Shown here in pieces: positions 56,935-64,000 of a stretch of 64,000 nt of DNA. A program made the position numbers and the translations under genes. The notes under the pieces were generated by a model that had not been told where the DNA came from, ran no database searches, and saw only the letters and a program-made list of their open reading frames with translations. This DNA comes from an uncultured Candidatus Bathyarchaeia archaeon (GTDB lineage Archaea; Thermoproteota; Bathyarchaeia; Bathyarchaeales; Bathyarchaeaceae): positions 196,875-260,874 of the forward strand of contig CAYQMM010000002.1 of assembly GCA_964418675.1 (NCBI GenBank), written 5' to 3'. Within the stretch, counting starts at the first letter, position 1; each line of letters opens with the position of its first letter.

Positions 56935-57182
56935 TTTGCTTCCTCGATTTCGTAGCTGTAGTCGTCTTTGGTTGGGTTGGCAAGGAGCCGTCTGCACATC
57001 TCCTCCACCGCTTTCTCTGCTTCTTCTCTGGAGTCTGCTTCAAAAATAACCGTGTAGACCTTGCTTACACCGACGCTTTTTACGGAGTACTTCAGTTCCC
57101 TGAGGGATTGGGCTGTCATTTCTCCTTCGGAGTCTGAATGCCCCGGCTTGAGACCAACTTCGATTCTTGCGCGATACATCAT
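56931..57182 (-). CDS. purS: FGAM synthase PurS subunit
   Basis: 83 aa. RARIEVGLKPGHSDSEGE pattern typical of PurS. Confidence 0.8.
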   Translation of the reverse strand: MMYRARIEVGLKPGHSDSEGEMTAQSLRELKYSVKSVGVSKVYTVIFEADSREEAEKAVEEMCRRLLANPTKDDYSYEIEEAK

Positions 57183-57251
57183 ATGGTTGTAAGTGAAAAT
57201 ACAAAATTTAAATGTTATCTAGATGAAAATTTAAGTAAACAGTTAAACCTG

Positions 57252-58337
57252 TTACCTCAACTCCAGCTTTCTCCCATTGTAATGGGCAACAATTTTCTCT
57301 GAAGCGGTTACATTTCCGATTCGCTCAGCTTCAACTCCACTTTTCTCAAAGACAGAAATCACGTCATCTTCGTCGTTTTTGTCCACAACAACGGCGAATC
57401 CCCATCCCATGTTGAAGGCTTTCAGCATCTCCTCGTCTGTTATCATGCCTTTAACCTCAGGGGCTGTCTTCTGAATCAACTCGAAGACCAGTTGAGGCTT
57501 AAAATTGGTGAATTCGAAGCCTACTCCTTTAGAGAATTTCATGAGTCGGTTGAACTTCAGGTAAGCGTCCCCTGTAACGTGAACTGCGCCCTTTATCTCC
57601 GCCTCTTTGGTTGCGTTCAGGAAAGGTTTAACGTATATTCTTGTGGGTTCCAAGACCTCGTAGATGATTTCTCTTGTGAAACCGTCTGGGATGTCGTTGG
57701 GCTCGTATTTGCCGCCCCACTCCTTGAAGAGAACTTTTCTCGCCAGGGATATCCCGTTGCTGTGAACTCCTGAGCTTCTTAAACCCACAACAGTGTCGCC
57801 CGGTTTGATTTTGTTTCCAAAGATAATGTCCTTTTCACACACTTCTCCTACGCTGGCGATTATCATGTCGAAGCCCCTTCCCGTTTTTATTCCTTTTATG
57901 AGGTCTGCTACGTCTCCTATCTCTCCTCCGGGTACTGAACAGGCTGCTTCGGTAGCGCCTTCAGCTATGCCCTTCATCCACTCCCTCACCAGGTCAGGGT
58001 CAGAGACCTGAGCGTGGATGTTGTCAACCAAGGCTAGGGGCGTGGCGCCGGACCTTATCACGTCGTTGACTGCCATGGCAACTCCGTCTATTCCGATGGT
58101 GTCGTACTTGTCTGCTAGCTGCGCCAAGAGGACTTTAGTTCCAACTCCTTCGATGACAAGGTCTAAGTATCTGTCTCCGATGGAGAAGATGTTGCCGTAG
58201 GGCAGTTGGACAACTTTTCCATATCTGCCTAGGTTGTAGGTTTGTTTCAGGGTTGAGAGAGCTTCCTTGGATTTTGCTCTCGTTTCTCTATCAACACCAG
58301 CTTCGGTATATGTGAACTTCTTTGGCAATGTTTTCAC
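57252..58337 (-). CDS. purM: Phosphoribosylformylglycinamidine cyclo-ligase (AIR synthetase)
   Basis: 361 aa. YTEAGVD, DLVIEGVGTK, DGVAMAVNDV. Confidence 0.9.
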   Translation of the reverse strand: MKTLPKKFTYTEAGVDRETRAKSKEALSTLKQTYNLGRYGKVVQLPYGNIFSIGDRYLDLVIEGVGTKVLLAQLADKYDTIGIDGVAMAVNDVIRSGATPLALVDNIHAQVSDPDLVREWMKGIAEGATEAACSVPGGEIGDVADLIKGIKTGRGFDMIIASVGEVCEKDIIFGNKIKPGDTVVGLRSSGVHSNGISLARKVLFKEWGGKYEPNDIPDGFTREIIYEVLEPTRIYVKPFLNATKEAEIKGAVHVTGDAYLKFNRLMKFSKGVGFEFTNFKPQLVFELIQKTAPEVKGMITDEEMLKAFNMGWGFAVVVDKNDEDDVISVFEKSGVEAERIGNVTASEKIVAHYNGRKLELR

Positions 58338-58445
58338 ATCTGTTCATTGGCGAATTTTTCTTATAAGTTACGCTGGTCCCTGCAAGGGAGGGTTAGCCAG
58401 CTTTTTTGTGAAGTTAAGTTAGCATCACAAGGTTTATATGGGTAT

Positions 58446-58482
58446 GTTATATATATCTAACATGAAGTTATAGATATATAAC
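58446..58482. promoter_or_regulatory. Two 16-bp near-palindromic boxes (GTTATATATATCTAAC / GTTATAGATATATAAC) with a 21-bp period, upstream of the membrane-protein/XRE operon
   Basis: Read directly. Each box is close to its own reverse complement. Located in the 254-bp purM / membrane-gene divergent region. Confidence 0.45.
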
Positions 58483-58591
58483 TTAATGTTGGAAATAATT
58501 AATGGAGATGGAGACCGATGAATAAAACTTTGAAACTGAGAAAACGGAAAAAAACGGCACACATCCTCAATCACCAAAGGGAGGAAACAAA

Positions 58592-58927
58592 ATGAACAAC
58601 ATAGAATGGCCCATCACAATGATCCTCATAGGGCTCATCGCGGTGCTATTTGCCATCATTCTAGTCTGGAAAACTGCCCAGCAGAGAAAATCTGGTCTCC
58701 CCTCTAAGGATGAGCGAACTGAACGAATCAAAGGCAAGGCTGCTCTAGGAGCCTTTTGGATTGGCTACGTTTTCATGGTTATGCAGTTGCTTGGGATAAT
58801 AATCGGGCAGGAGTTTCTGGGTTTCCCCGAGCCAGAAGCAGGATGGATGATTATCGCCGTCATGTTGGTGTCCAGCATTTCCTTTGGCATATTAAATTGG
58901 TACTACGGCAGAAAAGGAGACTTCTGA
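58592..58927 (+). CDS. Small membrane protein (resembles the DUF2178 family that pairs with XRE regulators)
   Basis: 111 aa, four hydrophobic segments, [16 protein letters not shown] loop, AGGGAGG SD upstream. Confidence 0.6.
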   Translation: MNNIEWPITMILIGLIAVLFAIILVWKTAQQRKSGLPSKDERTERIKGKAALGAFWIGYVFMVMQLLGIIIGQEFLGFPEPEAGWMIIAVMLVSSISFGILNWYYGRKGDF

Positions 58928-59157
58928 TGAAGTTCATAACGAGAATCAAAGAATTAAGGGCAAGATATGACTTGACGCAGGAGGACCTAGCAAAAGCGGT
59001 GGGGGTAAGAAGAGAGACCATACTCTACTTGGAGAAAGGGAAATATAATCCATCATTGAGCCTAGCCCACGATGTGGCTAATGCCTTAAAGACTACAATA
59101 GACGAGCTATTCATCTTCGAGGACCAAGAAGAATTTAACAATTATTCCCAAAGATAA
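58927..59157 (+). CDS. XRE-family helix-turn-helix regulator
   Basis: The ORF track begins at 58756. ATG 58927 overlaps the upstream TGA (TGATG). [41 protein letters not shown] is a classic XRE HTH. Confidence 0.8.
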   Translation: MKFITRIKELRARYDLTQEDLAKAVGVRRETILYLEKGKYNPSLSLAHDVANALKTTIDELFIFEDQEEFNNYSQR

Positions 59158-59170
59158 GGAAGAGGCAAAC

Positions 59171-59305
59171 ATGAGTCTCGACCTTTTGGACATTGTGATA
59201 ATCGCAACAGGAGCACTAACAGGTGTAATAGCTTTAGCCATACTACGGCTGAGAGTAGAGCACGTGAAAAAAAGGAATACAAAAAACACAACTCCTTTCT
59301 TCTAA
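59171..59305 (+). CDS. 44-aa single-TM peptide
   Basis: Below the ORF-track length cutoff. Hand translation gives MSLDLLDIVIIATGALTGVIALAILRLRVEHVKKRNTKNTTPFF. Its stop overlaps the next ATG (TAATG). Confidence 0.4.
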   Translation: MSLDLLDIVIIATGALTGVIALAILRLRVEHVKKRNTKNTTPFF

Positions 59306-59490
59306 TGGGCGGAACTTGGTTCACGGTTGGATTGATTCTAGGAGCCTTTTACAGAAGAACAGGCGTTTTTGATTCACCACTTCTCAGTTTAGGACTGATA
59401 TTCTTATTCGCGGATATTGGTGTGATACTGAATACCTTAAACGCTAGAATGATCAGGAATACCCAAATATCAAGACTAGACGGATTTTAG
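59305..59490 (+). CDS. 61-aa two-TM peptide
   Basis: ORF-track entry. Hydrophobic. Translationally coupled to the previous ORF. Confidence 0.4.
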   Translation: MGGTWFTVGLILGAFYRRTGVFDSPLLSLGLIFLFADIGVILNTLNARMIRNTQISRLDGF

Positions 59491-59503
59491 GGTAGAAGCC
59501 GTT

Positions 59504-59551
59504 CTATTAGGAGCCTAATAATACTTCATTGTTGAAAACTAGCTTTTTCTG
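59504..59551 (-). repeat. Right copy of the 48/49-bp inverted repeat (39-bp perfect core at 59510-59548)
   Basis: The reverse complement reads CAGAAAAAGCTAGTTTTCAACAATGAAGTATTATTAGGCTCCTAATAG. Confidence 0.95.
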
Positions 59552-59571
59552 GAAAAACAGGCTGACGGGCT

Positions 59572-61002
59572 TTATGTGACTAGTTTCACGCTTTCGGCGA
59601 CGGTTTCAGCTCTTTTCAGGTTGTTGAGGAGAACCTGGAATCGGTAGGAGCTTTTGGCGATTTTAGCCAACTGTTTCACGATGTAGTCTGGGCGAATGAA
59701 GAATCTCTGGTAACCTTCATGGATCATCTCTTCAATCTCTTCGCAGGGTACAGCGTCCGGCGAGACTTCAGGCACCAGAACCCCGGTTTCCCAGTGTTTC
59801 TCTTCATCCAAGAAGCCCTGCATCTTCAGTTCCTCCCAGATGTCTGTTCCCGGAAAAGTGGCTAGAATGTTGAATTGGGGGATGTCCACCTGCAGCTTCC
59901 GCACATACTTTAGGGTGTTCTGGATTTCTCTTCTTGTTTCGTGGGGAGCCCCCAAAATAAAGGATGCAACAATCACATCTATCCCTGCCCTCCTAGCTTT
60001 TCGAACAGCATCGACTGCCTGTTGCGGGGTCGTCCGTTTATCGTAATAATCTAGAACCTTCTGGCTGGCGTTTTCGATTCCAAAATACATCATTTTACAG
60101 TTTGCCCTAGCCATCTCCTGTAGCATATCTTGGGGACAATGGTCAACTCTGCCTTCAGCAAAAAATTCCACCCCCACCCTCTCTTTCCTCAGCCTACGGC
60201 ATATCTTGATGACTCTTTTCGGGTTCAAAGTGAAGTTGTCATCCACAAAAAGAAACTGTTTGTAACCCTGACTGGAGAGAAGATGCAGCTCCTCAACTAT
60301 ATTCTCCACTGACCTAGACCGCCACAGGTCTCGAGCCAATCTTCTGCATCCACAAAAACGACATTGAAAAACGCAGCCTCTGGAGGAGACGAAGCTACTG
60401 AATTTTTTCGGGGCAACAACTATGCCAGCGGTCGTGTTGTGGTATTCTACGTCCAGCAATTCCCTGTCGGGGAACGGTAGGGAGTCAATATCCTTGATTA
60501 GGGGTCTATCAGGAGTTGAAATTATCTGACCATCATTTCTGAAGTTGATTCCCAAAACTTTCTTCAGCTCTCCCTTCTTCTCAAGGCACTTTGCCAGTTC
60601 GAGGCTGGTGTATTCTCCTTCTCCCCGAACAATCACATCCACAAAAGGATATTTCTTCAAGATTCTCTCAGCGTTGAAGGTGGCATAGAAATTGCCGAGA
60701 ACAGTGATGATGTCCGGGTTCTCCCTCTTCACTCTCTCCGCGATAAGTGCTGCTTTGCGTCCTGAACTGCTGCAGGTGGAGAAGCCTAGGATATCCGGGT
60801 TCTCTTTCTTCACCCAGTCAACTGTGCCCTTCAGGGAGTAGCCCTGTGTTGCCTCGTCTATGATGGAGACATCTATTCCGTTTTCTCTGAGGTAGGTTGC
60901 TATGTAAAGCATGCCGAGGGGAGGGGCTGCCCCCACCATCTTCCTAACATCTTCGATGGGAAGCTCAGGATTTGGACCCGGATTTATGAACGAGAACTTC
61001 AT
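59572..61002 (-). CDS. B12-binding-domain radical SAM protein (class B)
   Basis: 476 aa. N-terminal cobalamin-binding-like Rossmann domain. SSRGCVFQCRFCG (Cx3Cx2C). Confidence 0.8.
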   Translation of the reverse strand: MKFSFINPGPNPELPIEDVRKMVGAAPPLGMLYIATYLRENGIDVSIIDEATQGYSLKGTVDWVKKENPDILGFSTCSSSGRKAALIAERVKRENPDIITVLGNFYATFNAERILKKYPFVDVIVRGEGEYTSLELAKCLEKKGELKKVLGINFRNDGQIISTPDRPLIKDIDSLPFPDRELLDVEYHNTTAGIVVAPKKFSSFVSSRGCVFQCRFCGCRRLARDLWRSRSVENIVEELHLLSSQGYKQFLFVDDNFTLNPKRVIKICRRLRKERVGVEFFAEGRVDHCPQDMLQEMARANCKMMYFGIENASQKVLDYYDKRTTPQQAVDAVRKARRAGIDVIVASFILGAPHETRREIQNTLKYVRKLQVDIPQFNILATFPGTDIWEELKMQGFLDEEKHWETGVLVPEVSPDAVPCEEIEEMIHEGYQRFFIRPDYIVKQLAKIAKSSYRFQVLLNNLKRAETVAESVKLVT

Positions 61003-61074
61003 GCTGTCCCCTTTTTTTCAAGCCGTAACTTCTCTTTTCTGCAGAGGCATTTAAGTTTACTGTCAAAAGCGGTT

Positions 61075-62400
61075 TCATGGAGAATGCCAGTTTCTGATCA
61101 TTTCTTTGGGTGCACCCGTTTTTTCTCTTCCGTATCGGCAATGGGGCTTTGTTAGATGCCTCTGAGACCTTGAGGCAGTAATGTAGAGTCCCCTCTTGAG
61201 TTCACGTTCTTCCTCAACCCTCACTTTCTTAAGTTGCGAGGAACGAAAGCCACACTTCTCGCACCTGAACCCCTGATTCTTTCCCATGGACTTCATTCTC
61301 TTCCCGCATTCGGGGCAGCTTGGGTTAACAAGGATCGCCTTAGGCGCCAACTCAAGAATCCGCATCTTCTCAAGATTGATGGTTAACTGATAATTTGAAG
61401 AGGAGGGACGAACACCCCCGAAGACCCTAACTTTGTCTCCAGCAATCAGTTTTCTTGAAATTTTGCAGAGGTTCCCTGTAGGTTCATAAGCAGCACAATC
61501 CACTTCGCCGCTTGAATCCTCAATCGAGAAGATTACATGACCGCCCTGAATCACCCTTGGCTTCTTAGATACCAAGCCCTCAACAACCACTGGATTGTAA
61601 GGCTGAATCTCCCCAACAGCACTGACCCTTCGCAGGTGGGCGTCGGTTCCTTGGTTTGTGCGAAAAATCACCCATCGTTCAACCGGCTCATCTGAGCGAA
61701 CCATCTCATGGGCTTGCTTGACAGCCTCTGGCTGTTCGCCTCTGATTCCGTAAAGGATGGGGTCGGGTCCTCTGGGAGTAATGAGGATTCTGCCCGTTTC
61801 AGCGTCTACGTTGCTGAAGGTGAGGGATGAGGCTGCATCCATCTCTTTCACGGATGAAGCTTGTACCCTGCGTGGTTTGCCGCGGTTTTCTGGTGTTCTG
61901 TAAGATATGAGTTCAAAGGTGTGGTCTTTGTTCAGGTTTTCTCCGATGGCGGCTAATCCTCCGATGATTCCTCGTCCCTTCTTGAATCCCACGGCTTCGG
62001 CATTGAACCGTTTAATGAGTCCTAGGGCTTCCTCCAGCTTCACTATGCCCTGTTCGGCTTTTTTTGTGAAGTCCCTGATTTCTTTTGGGGTGTCATCAGA
62101 AAGGAAGACAACTCCGGGGTCGGTTCCGCTGTATCTTAGCTCAGCATTTTTCTCGATTGCTTCCAAGACTATCTCTTTGATTCCGTCTACATTGTCTTTG
62201 TGGCAATTGATTCGTAAGCAGAGGGCGCCGTTGCCTCGGGTCTTCCATGGGACGTTGGGGTTAAGCCTGATTAGGTTGGGGTAGTCTATGAAGGAGACGT
62301 CCATGCGGCTTAATTTTTCGACGAGGAGGGCGGCTATATAGGTTGTGCAGCCTCCCTTCGGGGAATCTGTGTCGTCGAATCCTATGTGCAGCTTAACCAT
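61075..62400 (-). CDS. tiaS: tRNA(Ile2) 2-agmatinylcytidine synthetase
   Basis: 441 aa. HIGFDDTDSPKGGCTTY N-terminus and a C-terminal zinc ribbon (CPECG...CEKCG). Confidence 0.8.
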   Translation of the reverse strand: MVKLHIGFDDTDSPKGGCTTYIAALLVEKLSRMDVSFIDYPNLIRLNPNVPWKTRGNGALCLRINCHKDNVDGIKEIVLEAIEKNAELRYSGTDPGVVFLSDDTPKEIRDFTKKAEQGIVKLEEALGLIKRFNAEAVGFKKGRGIIGGLAAIGENLNKDHTFELISYRTPENRGKPRRVQASSVKEMDAASSLTFSNVDAETGRILITPRGPDPILYGIRGEQPEAVKQAHEMVRSDEPVERWVIFRTNQGTDAHLRRVSAVGEIQPYNPVVVEGLVSKKPRVIQGGHVIFSIEDSSGEVDCAAYEPTGNLCKISRKLIAGDKVRVFGGVRPSSSNYQLTINLEKMRILELAPKAILVNPSCPECGKRMKSMGKNQGFRCEKCGFRSSQLKKVRVEEERELKRGLYITASRSQRHLTKPHCRYGREKTGAPKEMIRNWHSP

Positions 62401-62511
62401 TAGCTTCCGCTCGTTGGCTCCTATTAGGTTGTTGGATGGATAAGAATATTCAGATGGAGGTTATTTCTTTAGGGCTTAGGAAAAGGCGAATAGAAAAGGG
62501 GGAGGTGGAGG

Positions 62512-62751
62512 CTACTTTTGCCCTTCAATCACTATCATCGTCAGGGTTGACCGAACCTTGTCCAGTCTTCTTACGTGCCAAGTTACAATCTCTTTAAGTT
62601 TATCCATAGTGTTTGCGCTGACTTTTGCTACGACATCGTAAACGCCGTAAACCATGTAAGCTTCCTTCACTGCTTCGATCTTCTTCAGATCCTCTAAAAC
62701 CTCGTTTTCAGATCCTATCTCAGTGTTTATCAACACGAAAGCCATAGGCAT
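62512..62751 (-). CDS. Stand-alone Lrp/AsnC ligand-binding (RAM) domain protein
   Basis: 79 aa. AFVLINTEIGSENEVLEDLKKIEAVKEAYMVYGVYDVVAKV. Confidence 0.7.
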   Translation of the reverse strand: MPMAFVLINTEIGSENEVLEDLKKIEAVKEAYMVYGVYDVVAKVSANTMDKLKEIVTWHVRRLDKVRSTLTMIVIEGQK

Positions 62752-62888
62752 AATCTCATCTCCACAATCTATGATTACTCTGTCTCCCTAAAAAATTTGT
62801 GGATATTTCAGATGTTACATTGGGGTTTGATGGTCAAGTTATATAAAATCGACAAGTATAAAGAATCGGCTGTGATGAAATAGTTCAG

Positions 62889-63425
62889 GTGAGGCTTTTG
62901 GTGCAGTGCGAGGTCTGTGGTCGTCAAATATTCGGTAGCCCCATAAGGGCGATAATCGAAGGCGCCAAACTGGCCGTCTGCAGCGAATGCGCCAAACTGG
63001 GCTCTGGCTACTGGGAACCTAAGCCTCAACGCCGTGCAAAAAAGAGGATAAAACGTCAGCCGATAATTCCTGTCCAGAAACGAAAGCCGACTCCGTCGGT
63101 AACTGAAACGCTGGAGCTTGTGGATGATTTTGGTCAGCGGGTGAGGCAGGCTAGAAGAGGGCTGGAACTGAGCCATGAGGATTTGGGTAGAAAGATCAGG
63201 GAGAAGGTCTCGGTTCTCCGTAAGATTGAGAGTGGTAAAATGGCTCCTGACCTCGTTCTTGCAGAAAAGCTGGAGCACGCACTGAAGATAAAGCTTCGTG
63301 TTCCGCCCCAAGAGCCTGAAACCCAGTTTGTTTCATTATTTAAACCCCGTGGAACAACCTTGGGAGACCTTGTTTTGCTGAAAGAGAAGGGAAAGGAGGA
63401 AAAGAAGGAACGAAAGCAATCATAG
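62889..63425 (+). CDS. mbf1: Archaeal multiprotein bridging factor 1 (zinc ribbon plus XRE HTH)
   Basis: 178 aa. CEVCGRQI...CSECAK ribbon, then RQARRGLELSHEDLGRKIREKVSVLRKIESG HTH. Confidence 0.8.
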   Translation: MRLLVQCEVCGRQIFGSPIRAIIEGAKLAVCSECAKLGSGYWEPKPQRRAKKRIKRQPIIPVQKRKPTPSVTETLELVDDFGQRVRQARRGLELSHEDLGRKIREKVSVLRKIESGKMAPDLVLAEKLEHALKIKLRVPPQEPETQFVSLFKPRGTTLGDLVLLKEKGKEEKKERKQS

Positions 63426-64000
63426 TTCAACGGCGGCTTCCCTCCGAACCTTCAAGCCTAGACGAGCTCAAGAGTCTTGCTAAGGCAGCAGGATACACTG
63501 TTGCGGATTCCCTTGAACAGGTCAGGAGGCGGGACTCTCGCTATCAGATTGGGCGGGGAAAAACAAGGGAACTGGCAGATTTGGTGAAAGAAACTGGCGC
63601 CGAGAAGGTTATTTTCGATAATGAATTGACACCTGTTCAAGCCTACAACCTAGCTAAGGTTACAGGTATGGTGGCTATTGACCGCTTTCAACTCATCCTC
63701 GAAATCTTCTCCAGAAGAGCCTCAACCTACGAGGCGGAGCTTCAGATTCAGCTAGCAAGCCTCAGATACGAATTGTCAAGAGCAAAAGAGAGAGTGAGAC
63801 TGGCAAGAAAGGAAGAGCAGCCCGGTTTCATGGGGCTAGGAAAGTATGAGGTAGACCTTTACTACGAAACCGTGAGGCGGCGAATCACTTCTATCCAAGA
63901 CAAACTTGAGAAGAAACGAGAGAAACGGCAGCTTCATCGCCGCCGAAGAGTCGATTTGGGGTATTTCCTGATTTCCTTGGCTGGTTACACGAATGCTGGT
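63419..64000 (+). CDS. hflX: GTPase HflX, N-terminal domain (partial; 3' end beyond the window; start codon unresolved)
   Basis: Hand translation gives ...KAIIVQRRLPSEPSSLDELKSLAKAAGYTVADSLEQVRRRDSRYQIGRGKTRELADLVKETGAEKVIFDNELTPVQAYNLAKVTG...LQIQLASLRYEL. No ATG/GTG/TTG lies in frame between the TAA at 63341 and TTG 63572. Confidence 0.75.
   Translation, partial: MIVQRRLPSEPSSLDELKSLAKAAGYTVADSLEQVRRRDSRYQIGRGKTRELADLVKETGAEKVIFDNELTPVQAYNLAKVTGMVAIDRFQLILEIFSRRASTYEAELQIQLASLRYELSRAKERVRLARKEEQPGFMGLGKYEVDLYYETVRRRITSIQDKLEKKREKRQLHRRRRVDLGYFLISLAGYTNAG

Noticed and set aside
53739-56997. ORF-track N-terminal extensions of purQ (to 54629) and purL (to 56997)
   Set aside because: The extensions overlap the upstream genes and add non-conserved residues. 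The internal starts (GTG 54557, ATG 56934) sit exactly at the upstream stop codons and give canonical N-termini.
44424-59551. The 48-bp repeat pair considered as CRISPR repeats, transposon terminal inverted repeats, or integron attC sites
   Set aside because: There are only two copies, 15 kb apart and inverted, so this is not an array. No transposase, integrase or Cas gene lies between or beside them, and the repeats are not flanked by duplicated target sequence. ATTAGGC/GCCTAAT loosely resembles attC R'/R'' boxes, but each copy lacks the paired internal inverted repeat of an attC.
1-64000. Search for tRNA, rRNA, CRISPR arrays, IS elements and integrases
   Set aside because: I recognised no cloverleaf-like GC-rich segments in the intergenic regions, no rRNA-like conserved stretches, no regularly spaced direct repeats, and no transposase- or integrase-like ORFs. 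A tRNAscan/Infernal run would be needed to be certain about small RNAs.

Overview
Archaeal chromosomal window. Evidence for archaeal origin: archaeal-type SAM synthetase, TiaS, aMBF1, an Ftr homologue, Lrp/ACT regulators and BRE/TATA-like promoters. A TACK/Bathyarchaeia-like lineage is only a guess. I call about 60 CDS and saw no rRNA, tRNA, CRISPR array, transposase or integrase. In order: (1) a partial class II ribonucleotide reductase, TrpB2 and ACT-domain regulators. (2) A complete, tightly packed histidine operon hisZ-G-D-C-(HAD)-B-H-A-F-IE. (3) Quinone and membrane genes. (4) A ~9.6-kb sulfur block. One strand carries APS reductase, ATP sulfurylase, a TSUP permease, a ThrC-like enzyme, a MoaD-like protein ending in GG, a ThiF-like E1 and a PP-loop ATPase. 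The divergent strand carries a CysM-like enzyme, sulfite reductase and a TusA-like protein. A 15-bp palindrome recurs in its promoters and upstream of a distant cysK. (5) GGPP synthase, IleRS and a large secreted beta-propeller glycoprotein. (6) The most unusual region: two 2-3 kb tracts of extreme and opposite strand composition whose edges fall inside ORFs. They flank an AT-rich two-gene island encoding winged-helix proteins, one with a HEPN-type RNxxxH motif. A 48-bp inverted-repeat pair brackets 15 kb that holds this island, metK, a purine operon with embedded HAD-like/Ftr/PfkB genes, and an XRE/membrane module. (7) A B12-radical SAM gene, tiaS, mbf1 and partial hflX. Two conserved genes (hisZ, hflX) have no canonical start codon upstream of their conserved N-termini. 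All functional calls come from reading the translated ORFs for motifs. No database search was run.
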